Shown: piece by piece, positions 10,701 through 19,647 of the stretch
Layout of the letters: each line of letters begins with the position of its first letter
How positions within the stretch are numbered: the first letter of the stretch is position 1
Source: an uncultured virus (IMG/VR IMGVR_UViG_3300007734_000747)
Taxonomy: Duplodnaviria > Heunggongvirae > Uroviricota > Caudoviricetes
DNA length: 64,000 bases
Reading direction: 5' to 3' (one strand)
IMG/VR virus record: IMGVR_UViG_3300007734_000747
Notes under the pieces: model-generated
Told to the model about the DNA's origin: nothing
Database searches by the model: none
What the model saw: only the letters and a program-made list of their open reading frames with translations
Position numbers and translations under genes: made by a program

Positions 10701-11263
10701 GCGGCAACAGCGTTTAAGACGTTAAGGTCTTTGGCTTTTGTGCCTTCTTCTAATTGACGTGAAAGGTTTGTGGCAGAGAACTGTCCAGCGTTAGCAAGGA
10801 AAGCAGCGCCCGTAGCGGCAACAGTTGTACCAAGCGCACCAAGACCCAAAGCGGGAGCAGCAAGCATAGCGGCACCGCCAGCTACAGCAGGGGCTACTAC
10901 ATAAGGAATAGACTGACCAGCCAGACCGGTTACATAATCAACAGGGTGTTCAAGAAACTCGGGCTGCTTATAAATAGCTTTAGATTTTTCTCTACGCTCT
11001 TTAGCTTTTTGTTCAGCGCCTTCTACCCCCGCAGCAGCTTCAACAGCATACCTAGCCGCTTGTACGTTCTCTGCCGCACTTCTCAAGCCAGCAAAAAACC
11101 CTGTCTCCGGTTCAGGTTTACGTTCTTCAGGCGCGCGCGTTTCAGATTCTTGCGATCTTAATTTAGCTTGAATGGCGGCTACAATCTGACTTTTACTAGC
11201 ACCTTCAGGGCCATCAATCTGGTACAAATTACCATCTGGCCCTTGAATTTCATAAGTAACCAT
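4742..11263 (-). CDS. Very large internal virion/ejection (polyvalent) protein with zincin HExxH domain and LPD38-like C-terminus
   Basis: 2173 aa; VVLHELTH followed by LKEFIAQAF; Ala/Gly-rich hydrophobic N-terminal helices; last gene of the virion operon. Confidence 0.75.
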   Translation of the reverse strand: MVTYEIQGPDGNLYQIDGPEGASKSQIVAAIQAKLRSQESETRAPEERKPEPETGFFAGLRSAAENVQAARYAVEAAAGVEGAEQKAKERREKSKAIYKQPEFLEHPVDYVTGLAGQSIPYVVAPAVAGGAAMLAAPALGLGALGTTVAATGAAFLANAGQFSATNLSRQLEEGTKAKDLNVLNAVAASIPQAALDTLSLKMMPGLGNILGKAGFRLGEREIEEVAKQSIIKQVAKTSGTEGLTESAQAVLERAQAGLNITNEDARREYFENFIGGAVLGGTIGVPGHAYQKMKAQDQVMAKEYAAEQATIKAKEEAAKIEQTAVPDAQGKIELPTYLQAGAVGRPPEQQVTTPAPIAEQQVTTPAPVAEQQVTTPTPAALTKENVAAAYAANDVSTEKVRKELEPQLIEMGLDTKEEQKAYLKTVQAELGIPTVDPKASGIERTKQRRAKDQWKANYLTQQELGKGEENVQPPATINAAANKLGTVGSAPAMEGTPTGVNTSNVSGMVDTGGDATTDNVAEGTQLAALTPEEEHLEESLRLALEAQLAEEAELTKAESVGKKNKPVKPPPATKIVEPERRTIKLEEDKAAPVEQHTPEQTAFLQMKTKTRAKPAESIAEGIDYAVSETAFDLYDAAYPKVAENVKPLVEQENEARKKAYDEAVARGEEVDKPEKATTLDVLQKMPEAELIKLFDDNVDETRLNQERRKQAGVRGRFIKSLSKEQQKAIDKKTEELFHKEIRGAKNVGRTTTGADKRKSREERSKDKVEKLVTEAEKPARKVTPTKEKTGPTQIETLEQKRDANVRKALESGDIDEVFAAIANERVNDSITAMFARKIYDVFKTFDVSKTKSSIEKKLAEWAKTNNKDYEAARKSVAAAEKYRYTNPDEDVPEDLVKAEKAAKTVIKEYEAEREKLIDRLSGGKGARPNIVIGKVEDGHSGKYDPSTETITIDLDNLGKDRLDVVVLHELTHYMTDHIVDNRGNLTKEQQAAVNQLDRLQKYVNSQLGKKFDVGTLKEFIAQAFSNPEFQTAMGNLPPMETEGKKQNVFSLFAKRVMEMLGFRNRMLTREEREEAGGVYGSVLGDVLTQIEQIIKIERTAPAVGVSYMAKSTKPPIPAPAGGDTSFKALRDSVPSPNFSVSDTVKSFSKSKIAEGAVRIFQNDRAAIKNWQRRLWLTGRLVSYSTGFNNIYDQITLSSGNAHWMYSQYVQEHNEAVRKEIVKYAKERDLDIDTALKELGLFAIARHEDERREVLYLREVPLSISPILTDSNGDKVSPFAARNEIYAYLNKHKLDLSGAKYLRDQLNAIVNDKNNLSKEEKDQPYLDRNSQKYNVAGYSPDQIKAATAEYNKHKAAADKVLDKLKAVNDAVIELNEMANYMSAYAKNYIMFYGFNNYVPFKGKNFNEDKADIFNTDSRKLGGELQEDIHTFEGRATVPENPLLQLMADGAKASMRAGRKDVTQSIYNAVNDLTLDGRVVQVVNFEDRANEKLLEELKGNTKIFHYMPDGKVAVIQINDRAQREAIRRTYRDTNPLADWVVNKANLYTGRVGQMHTRYNLKFAAVNFVRDVLTNAWTIGAEGKGFLGPLQSFRYLGAVAFNVINGNMFKSWRFSALYSQGNTKVIEQLAKTDDYYKDLMDYVKTGGKVSYIQGIAAKGQMQELSKLPSGKILTKENIDRFFDVWIDTFEMASRVSAFRIAKSNEIAVLSKKGGKTKKEIENAATVTASAYAKNLANFEQVGEWGKVLGGLFMFFRPSATGAVRAMDAVAPAFRNKAQVKLSLPEFARAAIIKEKLSKGVTDTEEKKLKEELAVMEKALATFDENYGQIQTSSRIVMGALIGAGFITYLMAKAGSDNDELGRDRVSTDDMARWTKFARFHIPGLDTPFQMPWGYGLGAFSAIGAQLAAMTDSKNPTSTAEYLDNIRAIVMDSFLPLPISRISPIDKPLEFAIDSVFPSITRPPIEYAMNVDALGHQIYNNRQTRYGDAYTGGDNIPESFKFASRWLVKTTNGDLNISPNTLYFFFNNYLDGASNLVNSPISIGLWLSGKKDFNAHTDTMFLDSFFGTRSNFDARQWSKIEEDLKKRDATIKMFKASDPEQYDKYIAKHPLNEMLAEMYNGDVNGHLKDLRAEANMYRTMQGLGIKTRTALVKNAVLQENFEKARLVNLYKVYGVKP
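10127..10222 (-). repeat. 33-bp coding tandem repeat x3 (EQQVTTPAPxA)
   Basis: GTTGTTACTTGTTG recurs three times at 33-bp spacing within the 2173-aa gene. Confidence 0.85.
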
Positions 11264-11271
11264 GTCGCGCC

Positions 11272-13782
11272 TTACTTATTAGGTTTTATTACTTTTGGAC
11301 TGCCCCAATTGCTAACATCAACTGTATCAGTTTTAGGTGCGCCTTCTTTTTCAAAAGCATTTCTAGCGTCTGGGTGGCGAGCGCGCAGCTCATTTTCACG
11401 TTGTCTACGCTCAGCTTTTTCTTTTTCTAAAACGGCTTTCTGCTCAATTACTTTTTCTGGGTCTGAATCACGCGAGTTAATAATTGTATTCGCCATACTT
11501 ATTCTTTGTTTACGCTGTTTATCGTTATCCCAATCGTCCATTGATTTTTCTACTACTTTAGTCTCTCTATCAATACGAGCTTTATCAGCTAATTCTTGTC
11601 TAGCTATTATTTTGTTGTCAGACTTTTCACGCGAAGCCGCTTGGATTTCTTCTTTCTTAACCCCATACTTACCTTGCACGTCGGCTTCAGCGCCTCTAGT
11701 AGTAGCACCTAAAACAGCTTCTTTCTTACGTTGATTAACCGTGACTAATTTTTCATTTATGCTTTCAATGCGACCCCATGCTTTTTCTCTGCGTTCCATA
11801 CCAGCTTTAGCAATACCAGATTTTTCTAAGTAGTCCGCTTGGTCTAACTCAAAGAGAGACTTATTCAACTCATTAGTCATCTTCTTACGTTGCTTGTTAT
11901 CTTCTATTTCGGTATCTATATAACCTTGCAGTGCTTGCAGTCCAACTTTAAGTAACGGGCCGGGGGTAGAACCAAAGATCGCCCAAGCTTGCGCTCTACG
12001 CATAGCGCGGTCGCTTTCAGTCTCTTCCGCCATATTATCTAACTGCTTAGTGTATACCTCACGCAGTTTTTTAGTAATGTCAGTAGGCACGCCAGCAGCT
12101 TTGTTAAATGCTTTTTGTTCATTAACTAACTCTTCTGGGGCTTTATTAACTGTAGCCATTTCACGCTTTAGAGAGTCTCTAAGCATTACTTCATCTTCGT
12201 CTTGTTTAAGCGCTTCAGTAATTGCTGGGGCTACATCTTGTTTATATTGTTCAAAAATACTACTGCCGCCACCTTTAGCAAACGCTACAACACCGCCATT
12301 AGCGGCGGTCACAACCCCACTACGTGTATTAGCGCGGCGTTGAGATTCTGCTTGCATGATGCCCATAGTTGCAGGGTCGGTTTGCTGATTAGCTAGTTTC
12401 TGTTGTAGCTGTGGATCAGAAAGCCTTTTAGCCATGCCCGGTAGTTGGTATGGGTTAACGCCAGACTCAATACCGCCAGTAATCTGAGGTACAGCACCGC
12501 CAGCAGCCATCTTAATTACGCCGCCTTCTTTCTTAACTTTACCCATCTCGTACAACGCGCCAGCCGTACCGACTAGCTGTTGAATACCAGCAGGCTGCGC
12601 CTGATACATACTAGTGTTACCCGCTTGCATAGGCAGACCACGCAGCATATTGGACATAATGCCAAGCTGCATATACGGATACTGTTGTTGTGTGGCGTAG
12701 TTTTGAATCTGCTGATTAATAATTGCTTGTTGTTGAGCCTGTTCTTTAGCGCCCATCTCTGACATGGCTTGTAAGGTACCCATGTCTTGTGAGTATTGTT
12801 GCTGACCCATGTTGCCAAGCAGTTGAGCAGCTTGCAGCGTTTGACCGTAGCCTTGAAGACCTAGGTTTGCACCAAACTGACGCGACGCTTCCTGCGCTGC
12901 TTGCGCTTGCAACTGAGCTTGTTGGTTCTGTATACCTGTTTGTAAGTTAGCGCCTTGGTTAGCTTGTTGCGCTTGCAGGTAGGCTTGTTGTTCAGCATTG
13001 AACTGCCCCATACCTTGCTGGTACGCACCTTGTAGACCTTGAGCCTGAATATCACCAAGCTGTGTAGACAAGTTACGACGACGCTCAGCTTCCATAATAG
13101 CTTGACGCGAACCACCATAAGCACCTTGACCTACTGCTTGTGCTTGCAACTGGTTTCTTTGTATCTCACCTTGACGCATCGCTTCGCGTTGCTGGGTGTT
13201 AACTACGTTCTGCATGTACGGAGACATGTATGCTTGAGACACATACGGAGCTGTAAACGAGTCCGAACGCACTTGTTGCGGCGCGCCAAGTTGAAAACGC
13301 TCAGCGCGCAGTGGGGAATAAACACCACCAAGCGCGGACTTACCTGCTACGCTGCCAGCGATCTGACTAGCGGCATCGGTTTGTTGTGGGGCTACGTATT
13401 GGTTAATACCTGAAGTCGCAGCTTGCTGACCAAAAGACATTGGAGCCACAGCCGCTTGCGCTTGCTGCATGGCATTGTTTGTATAGACTATGTTGCCGCG
13501 TGGGTCTTTAAGTGGATTACCTTGTGCGTCTTTTGCATAGGTAGAGCCATACGGCATGTAAGCGTTAAAGCCTGTAGGCTGAAAATTCTCGCCCGACCCT
13601 GTACCTGTAAATATTTGTTTTTGCGTAGCGCCAAGCATCTGGTCAACATAGGGGCGCGCGTATTCAGGGATGTTAGTAGTGTATGTTGTACCTGTAGACG
13701 TAGTTTGACCACCGCCGCCACCGCCGGGATAAAGTCTATTGTTTCCGTTTATATAGCCGTTGAACTTATTGCGGATAATCAT
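11272..13782 (-). CDS. Internal virion/DNA ejection protein
   Basis: 836 aa; Gln/Ala-rich and coiled-coil; YMSPYMQNVV and GAYGGSRQA motifs; lies between the tail genes and the giant protein. Confidence 0.65.
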   Translation of the reverse strand: MIIRNKFNGYINGNNRLYPGGGGGGQTTSTGTTYTTNIPEYARPYVDQMLGATQKQIFTGTGSGENFQPTGFNAYMPYGSTYAKDAQGNPLKDPRGNIVYTNNAMQQAQAAVAPMSFGQQAATSGINQYVAPQQTDAASQIAGSVAGKSALGGVYSPLRAERFQLGAPQQVRSDSFTAPYVSQAYMSPYMQNVVNTQQREAMRQGEIQRNQLQAQAVGQGAYGGSRQAIMEAERRRNLSTQLGDIQAQGLQGAYQQGMGQFNAEQQAYLQAQQANQGANLQTGIQNQQAQLQAQAAQEASRQFGANLGLQGYGQTLQAAQLLGNMGQQQYSQDMGTLQAMSEMGAKEQAQQQAIINQQIQNYATQQQYPYMQLGIMSNMLRGLPMQAGNTSMYQAQPAGIQQLVGTAGALYEMGKVKKEGGVIKMAAGGAVPQITGGIESGVNPYQLPGMAKRLSDPQLQQKLANQQTDPATMGIMQAESQRRANTRSGVVTAANGGVVAFAKGGGSSIFEQYKQDVAPAITEALKQDEDEVMLRDSLKREMATVNKAPEELVNEQKAFNKAAGVPTDITKKLREVYTKQLDNMAEETESDRAMRRAQAWAIFGSTPGPLLKVGLQALQGYIDTEIEDNKQRKKMTNELNKSLFELDQADYLEKSGIAKAGMERREKAWGRIESINEKLVTVNQRKKEAVLGATTRGAEADVQGKYGVKKEEIQAASREKSDNKIIARQELADKARIDRETKVVEKSMDDWDNDKQRKQRISMANTIINSRDSDPEKVIEQKAVLEKEKAERRQRENELRARHPDARNAFEKEGAPKTDTVDVSNWGSPKVIKPNK

Positions 13783-14186
13783 AATTTTTCCCTCATCACC
13801 TGATGGGTGTTGGTCATGCCCATTTTCTCGTACATCTGGACTAGAGTTCCTTTAGCCCAACATTGTGTAGTAGTAGCGCCCATTGAGCGCATCCATTCTT
13901 TAGCTTCATTAAACACATGGGTTCGCACTACGCCTTTGCCACCCATTAAATTCACATGTGCTACGCGCTCTCGCGGGTAGTCAATAATATCTACAGTCAC
14001 CGCTCCGGTTATGCCTTCGTCTGGTTCATCCCACACTAACAAGAACGTACGCCCTGTGCGCACTGCGTATTCAACTTGCTCTATAGTTATTAGGTCAGGG
14101 TCTAAGTCAATAGCCCTTTGCAACATCGGTGCGGCGACAGGCCATATTTGCGGTAGTAAGTTAGCTGGTACTTGGTATAGCGCCAT
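13779..14186 (-). CDS. GNAT-fold-like virion-associated protein
   Basis: 135 aa; C-terminal LVQMYEKMGM resembles the GNAT end motif; sits among ejection genes, as T7 gp13 does. Confidence 0.5.
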   Translation of the reverse strand: MALYQVPANLLPQIWPVAAPMLQRAIDLDPDLITIEQVEYAVRTGRTFLLVWDEPDEGITGAVTVDIIDYPRERVAHVNLMGGKGVVRTHVFNEAKEWMRSMGATTTQCWAKGTLVQMYEKMGMTNTHQVMREKL

Positions 14187-14188
14187 AG

Positions 14189-15814
14189 TTATGCAGGTAA
14201 GTGTTTTTTAGATTTAGAATCCACAGCTACTTTGCCTTTACCTACAGACTTGCGACGACCCTTTTGAATACGCTCCATCATGGCGTAGAGTTGTCTTGCT
14301 CCTGCCTCTGTTGATCCATTTCCCAATTCTGATACGATGCGTGCAGGCACCACGAACTCGCCATCAGCAAGACGAGCGGGCTGCTTATTGCCAATAACAG
14401 CAGGAATAGAATCAGATACGCCATCGCCCGGCCCTTTCAATAAACGTCCACCATCAGAATAACCACCTAAGTCACCGCGCATAATACCGCCGTTAGCTGC
14501 GGCGTAAGTAAAGTCTTGTGGTATGTTGGCTTTAGGCATTTCTGCTACTTTTACACCAGCGCGCTTAGCTGCGCCTTCAAACATAGACATAGCTGTCTTG
14601 TCTGGTCGTCCAGTATTTTGCTCCAAAGTATAATTAAATATGCCGGGGCCTTTAACTTTAGACCCAACTTGTTCCATAAGCGCTTCACCTTGAGCTTTAC
14701 GGTCGGCTTCTTCTTTAGCTAATTGTTTTCTAAAACCTGATATACCGCCTGCGGCAAGCTTTTGCATCCCCGTATAAGGGTCAGTAGGTACGTCACCGCC
14801 CATAGTCATCATGTTTTGAGATACAGGGCGCTGTTGCATAGGATTTGCGTAATCCAAGCGCGGTATATTAGCCATCGGGTACATCGAGTTATTACCCACG
14901 GCGTTCATATTAGACATAGCTTCTACAGGGCCTACGTTACCACCCTCTGCATAAGTCTTTGAATAGAAGTTAGGAGCCGCTGCATACTGATTAACAGGCG
15001 GCGCGTCATTACCCGCACGGAACTTGCTACTGTCAAATTTAGATTTATAGTTGTCTTTGGGTGGGCCACCAGCATTATCATTGCCCAAAATTCCCATTTT
15101 TTGAGCGCCATACAAACCACTTGCAACAGTTAATGGGTTTTTGTTAGCGTATTCCATCGCCATATCAAACCCGTTTTTCATCGCGTTTTCTTGCGCGTAT
15201 TTTTTAAAAGTAGTATCCGCAATATTTCTATTTAATTCATTACTAGCTTGATTTGCTGCGTTTTCATAATATGCTTTAGAAGCAGCGGCCTGATCTGCAA
15301 AGGGGCTAGGTGAACCATATTGAGTCGGCATTTTTGTTGGGTCTGCATTCCCGAGTTCAAACGAGGTTTTAGCAGTCTCCCCTATCCCGCCGGGGGCAGT
15401 TCCAGCTACATCAGCTACTTTAGTTAAATTTTGTCCTAAATCTGGACGAGAAAATGCTTCCACAGCTTGATTAAAAGCCGCATCATTTCCTAATTTTTGT
15501 CCTGCTGCTGCAACTTGGTCTACAGGCATTGCTGCTGTAGTAGCTTCCAAGGCTGGTGCGGCGGTTTGCGCTGCGCCTTGCATAATCCCTCCGCTCAATG
15601 CTTCAGGAAGAATCCCAGTAGCTTCAGGTAAAATCCCCGGAAGAGTAGATGCAACGGCAGGAGCAGCGGTAGCGGCAGCGGCAAGAGGGGCAGCAACAGT
15701 GCCCGCCATAGTAGTGGTAGTGCCAGCAGCCGCAATAGCGGAAAGCGTCGCTGGGTCGTTGTATAGACGAACACCATCACGACTATAACCGTTGAATTTA
15801 TTAGGTATTCTCAT
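14189..15814 (-). CDS. Internal virion/ejection protein
   Basis: 541 aa; Ala-rich N-terminus; C-terminal GPGDGVSDSIPA..LADGEFVVPA motif shared with ejected/tape-measure proteins. Confidence 0.65.
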   Translation of the reverse strand: MRIPNKFNGYSRDGVRLYNDPATLSAIAAAGTTTTMAGTVAAPLAAAATAAPAVASTLPGILPEATGILPEALSGGIMQGAAQTAAPALEATTAAMPVDQVAAAGQKLGNDAAFNQAVEAFSRPDLGQNLTKVADVAGTAPGGIGETAKTSFELGNADPTKMPTQYGSPSPFADQAAASKAYYENAANQASNELNRNIADTTFKKYAQENAMKNGFDMAMEYANKNPLTVASGLYGAQKMGILGNDNAGGPPKDNYKSKFDSSKFRAGNDAPPVNQYAAAPNFYSKTYAEGGNVGPVEAMSNMNAVGNNSMYPMANIPRLDYANPMQQRPVSQNMMTMGGDVPTDPYTGMQKLAAGGISGFRKQLAKEEADRKAQGEALMEQVGSKVKGPGIFNYTLEQNTGRPDKTAMSMFEGAAKRAGVKVAEMPKANIPQDFTYAAANGGIMRGDLGGYSDGGRLLKGPGDGVSDSIPAVIGNKQPARLADGEFVVPARIVSELGNGSTEAGARQLYAMMERIQKGRRKSVGKGKVAVDSKSKKHLPA

Positions 15815-16200
15815 AAGTAATTACTCCTGTCGCACCGTAACAGTATTTTACCGTCATTTGCGCTTAATTTTACAAATCCTAACCGTTCACAAAACCGCAG
15901 TCCAGCTAGGTTTTCAGCATGCACCGTAGTAATTGCGAAGCCGTGTTTATCTATTACACCACCGAGGACAGCCCGAATATACGACCGAATAGACCTAATT
16001 GGCTTAACCCCATATCCTACATGAATCTCGTTATCTTTTACTAACACACCGCCTATGACGCGCCCTGATTCGGTCAGGGGTATTACTTCCCAATCTTTCA
16101 CTACTTCTAAATACTCAACCAACCCGATTGTCAAGCGATGCTTTACAGACTCATACACCATAATTAAGGCGCGGTCTTGTGGCGTCACCCAACTCTCCAA
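15811..16200 (-). CDS. GNAT acetyltransferase-like protein
   Basis: HAENLAGLRFCERLGF is a typical GNAT C-terminal motif. Confidence 0.65.
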   Translation of the reverse strand: MESWVTPQDRALIMVYESVKHRLTIGLVEYLEVVKDWEVIPLTESGRVIGGVLVKDNEIHVGYGVKPIRSIRSYIRAVLGGVIDKHGFAITTVHAENLAGLRFCERLGFVKLSANDGKILLRCDRSNYL

Positions 16201-16520
16201 TTAGTACCATCAAAGAAAACAGGAACCCCGTTAGACCCACCGCCAGCCACAATCGTATTAAATGTAGTCACAGATGAGTTAGTAACGAACGCCCTAGCGC
16301 CTACACTAACCGCCGCCGCAGGGGGCAGGTTAGCTACAAGATAAACAGACCCTAGCGCAAACTGACCCACAAAGTTATCTAGCTGCGTAAAGTATAGCCG
16401 CAGGATGTTATTAAGCTGGTCTATATATTGACGGTTATATACTGAAGGAGCGATAGGCAACGACGGCGCTTTTGTCCTTGTAAGAGTATTAGACTCTGTA
16501 GTAACGACGTTAGTGGTCAT
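16185..16520 (-). CDS. Small virion structural protein
   Basis: 111 aa; follows the tail tubular gene; C-terminal VPVFFDGTNWRVG is fibre-like. Confidence 0.55.
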   Translation of the reverse strand: MTTNVVTTESNTLTRTKAPSLPIAPSVYNRQYIDQLNNILRLYFTQLDNFVGQFALGSVYLVANLPPAAAVSVGARAFVTNSSVTTFNTIVAGGGSNGVPVFFDGTNWRVG

Positions 16521-18655
16521 CTGCGTCCGTCCGGTCTTATATCTATTCTAGGCGTGCCCAACTGCCACTGCGTGCCGATAGTATCTGACCCTACTTTAAA
16601 GGCCATCTGGCGACCACGCAGTCGTGTGTACACGATCTGAGTAAATTCTTGCACCGTATAGTTACGCTGGTTGGCATAAGACTGATCGGACGCAACCGTA
16701 GGAGTATCTGCCGTGCCGTAAGGTGAGCCGGGGTTTTGTCGTGGGCGCACAGTGAAGGTTACTTGCGGCGTATTAGGCGCAGGAGTTGTAGACCCATCGA
16801 ACGTAATGTCAGGAATTACACGCCACACAAAACCGTAGTTGTGCCCGTCACCAATGTCAAAGTCAGACGACTGTATGTACGATGTAATGGGCAAAATGTT
16901 GCCTGTTGTGGTTATGTCATCCACACCATTCTCATGGAACACCACGTTGTTGCTGTAGGTTGCCGCCATCGGGAAGTTGCGTAGTGGACTATCTAGCCAT
17001 GCAGTGCGCCCCAAAGTGCCGTAGTACCAGACTTGGTCAAGGTAGTTATATATGACGTATCGGTCAACCACAGTCGAGTTAGCCGAGCAGTAGTACCACC
17101 AAACCTCACTGTAACCCTCGTTAGTGCCCGCAAAGAATTGCGAGCTTTGGGTTGTATTTATGTCGCCAAAGACATATTGACGCAACGCGCAGGGCAGCGT
17201 CTCAACACGACCAGAGTAAGCGTAGAACTTATCCGCGCCCATCCAATAAGTGACGTTGTTAGCTGTGGCTACCGCGTTAGGACTAATGATAGATATGTTG
17301 TCCGACAGAATATTAAAACCCCACACAAACGGAGGCCCTAAATACTGCATGGAGTACAACGCTCCATCTGTCCAAACTAAAATCTCTTGACGTGTTTGCT
17401 GCGCCGCAACAATATATGAACCCGAGCTAAGACGATAACTACCCGCTTGATTAGTAACGGCAGGAGTCCAAACTTGATAGCTCTCTTGGTCTGACCAACG
17501 GATCAACATCGGGTCTTGCGTAGTCTCGCCGTAGTCATTTACACCGAACCCAATAACAAAACGTGAAGCATCGGATACAGTAATGAGTGAAGCTACGCTT
17601 GGGCAATCAGCATCAGTCTGGTACAAGCCCGAACCGGCGGAAGATAAAAGCTGCGCGCGGTTAGTAAAAGTTAAGTTACCGCTGACGTTGTAGCTAGGTA
17701 TCCACAAGTAAATAGGGCCGTTCGATGGGTTAATCAGCAGGTACTCACCAAAGTTAGCCTCAGACCACAGACGAATCTGTGTGTAGGTAGTTGTAGATAC
17801 AGACTGCCCCCAGCCTGTAAAAGTCGCCGCGTTGGTAACAGTAACGCCCGTTGTATGACTTGCAGCTATTGTGCCGTTAGCCCCGCGAGTACAGCCCGTA
17901 AAGTCTGTACTTGTTTTGCCCGAGTAAGTAATAAGCTCGCTGTCAATTAGGATAGTGCCTGTAGTGCCGAAACCAGTTGTAGAAGTAACGACTACCGTAG
18001 TAGCTGAGCTGTTTATAGTGCCGTTAAGAGTTGTGGTAGCTGTACCAAAAGCATATCCACCCCACAGACCCGCACCCCAACCTGTTTGATACGTAACGGT
18101 TGAGTTACCACCATTTAATTGATAAGCAGCCGACACTGAAGCCCCACCACCCGTAGCAGATGATGTAGCGTTAGTTGATGCTGTGATGCTGTAGCTATTA
18201 GAGTCTACGTACGTAATGACGTACTCATTGTTTAGATTCAACCCGCCTACAGTTGTAGCACCTGAGAACGTAACGTAGTCACCATTATTAGCACCGTGCC
18301 CCGGCGCATTTACAGTTACCGTAGGGAATGTGTTTAGTGTAGTGAACGGGTTGTTAGGCAGCGTTGTAGTAACACGGATGGGCGTAATGTCGTTGTACGT
18401 GCCGCCGCTCTCAATGTAATACTTAATATTAGTGCCTACGCCTAGTAGGTTATAGCCTTTCAACGTCACCCAGTTCCAGAGCGAACGCGCTACGCCTATG
18501 TAGGTAGAGCTAGATAAAGGTGCCCAGCCGCCTATCTTCTGTGGATACCCAGAACGAAATCTAATCTTGTCGCAGTCAAACCATCCGCCCTCGTTGGCAA
18601 GGGTCGTCGATTCCCTATTAACACCCGGACGAAGTTGCAGTTTCTGTAATGGCAT
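16517..18655 (-). CDS. Tail tubular protein B / nozzle (P22 gp10-like)
   Basis: 712 aa, beta-rich; MLIRWSDQE and C-terminal WQLGTPRIDIRPDGRR; position in the tail module. Confidence 0.7.
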   Translation of the reverse strand: MPLQKLQLRPGVNRESTTLANEGGWFDCDKIRFRSGYPQKIGGWAPLSSSTYIGVARSLWNWVTLKGYNLLGVGTNIKYYIESGGTYNDITPIRVTTTLPNNPFTTLNTFPTVTVNAPGHGANNGDYVTFSGATTVGGLNLNNEYVITYVDSNSYSITASTNATSSATGGGASVSAAYQLNGGNSTVTYQTGWGAGLWGGYAFGTATTTLNGTINSSATTVVVTSTTGFGTTGTILIDSELITYSGKTSTDFTGCTRGANGTIAASHTTGVTVTNAATFTGWGQSVSTTTYTQIRLWSEANFGEYLLINPSNGPIYLWIPSYNVSGNLTFTNRAQLLSSAGSGLYQTDADCPSVASLITVSDASRFVIGFGVNDYGETTQDPMLIRWSDQESYQVWTPAVTNQAGSYRLSSGSYIVAAQQTRQEILVWTDGALYSMQYLGPPFVWGFNILSDNISIISPNAVATANNVTYWMGADKFYAYSGRVETLPCALRQYVFGDINTTQSSQFFAGTNEGYSEVWWYYCSANSTVVDRYVIYNYLDQVWYYGTLGRTAWLDSPLRNFPMAATYSNNVVFHENGVDDITTTGNILPITSYIQSSDFDIGDGHNYGFVWRVIPDITFDGSTTPAPNTPQVTFTVRPRQNPGSPYGTADTPTVASDQSYANQRNYTVQEFTQIVYTRLRGRQMAFKVGSDTIGTQWQLGTPRIDIRPDGRR

Positions 18656-19135
18656 TTATCCACCTAAGTACAAAGCACGTTCATCTTTGCGGCGGTTCTC
18701 AAGTCCTCTTAAGACTTTGCCACCGGCTTTGCAATACTTTAAAAGTTCGTCGGCGGCTCCTGCATAATCGCCCCGGTTATGTCTTTGCCTCAAGGTGCTG
18801 CGTTGTAAAGTTCCTAAGCCTACATTGAAGGAAAAACTGACCAGACTATCCAGCCAAGCTTGGCGGCTACCAGCAGTAGGGCAATATTTAAGAACTCCGC
18901 GTTCAAACCTCTCAAGGTCTTTTGCAAGTATGGCATTGACTTCTTCCAATGTAAATGTGCGGTTCCAGCCTTCTGGGCAAGGCAAACTTAGTCTGTCTGC
19001 AAACGGCACTTTGGCATGGTTTGGTTCAATTACGTGGCCCACGCCAATCGTCCACAACCTAGCAGGGCACCGGTAAGGTTTAGTCCTTACCCCCTCGTGG
19101 TGGGCAATCATCTTGAGAGCCTTGGGGCTTATCAT
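18656..19135 (-). CDS. Endolysin, phage lysozyme (GH24)
   Basis: HEGVRTKPYRCPARLWTIGVGH catalytic segment; SFSFNVG and GLENRRKDERALY motifs. Confidence 0.93.
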   Translation of the reverse strand: MISPKALKMIAHHEGVRTKPYRCPARLWTIGVGHVIEPNHAKVPFADRLSLPCPEGWNRTFTLEEVNAILAKDLERFERGVLKYCPTAGSRQAWLDSLVSFSFNVGLGTLQRSTLRQRHNRGDYAGAADELLKYCKAGGKVLRGLENRRKDERALYLGG

Positions 19136-19647
19136 TTCCCAAACGCCCTACCGCCAAAGTGAAAGCTTATAATTGCAGCAAACAAAGCTTGAGTTTCGTT
19201 ATCCCAAAGCTGGTCAGCCAACGCATTAAATTCCACGCCGCTAGTCAAGCCCTTGTACGCCAACACGCCGTCAATACCAACCAGCAGGAAAAAGAACCCG
19301 TAAGTAATTACAGGTCTAACCGATGCACGGAAGTCTTTCATCCACTGGCTTGTACCTTCATTAAGGCTTGTATCGTGGGCATATATGGCACTCATCTCGG
19401 CTTGCTGTGCGCCTATCAACGCTTGCTTATCTTCTGAAGCAGTCTGTGTGCGTATCTCGTCTAGCTTAATGGCTTCAATCTGTTGTTGGGCAACGTATCC
19501 TGCGGCGGCTAGTTGTAGCTCCCGTTCAGTTTGCATCTGGGCTAGTTTTAACTCGTGCGATTTATCGGCACGGTCTTGGAATAAATCCAGTATCTTGGGC
19601 AAGCCGCCCATCAAAAAACTAACAAGCGTTGAAAGTAGTGTCAGCAT
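19132..19647 (-). CDS. Putative holin
   Basis: Transmembrane segments; RASVRPVITY and FHFGGR motifs; adjacent to the endolysin. Confidence 0.65.
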   Translation of the reverse strand: MLTLLSTLVSFLMGGLPKILDLFQDRADKSHELKLAQMQTERELQLAAAGYVAQQQIEAIKLDEIRTQTASEDKQALIGAQQAEMSAIYAHDTSLNEGTSQWMKDFRASVRPVITYGFFFLLVGIDGVLAYKGLTSGVEFNALADQLWDNETQALFAAIISFHFGGRAFGK

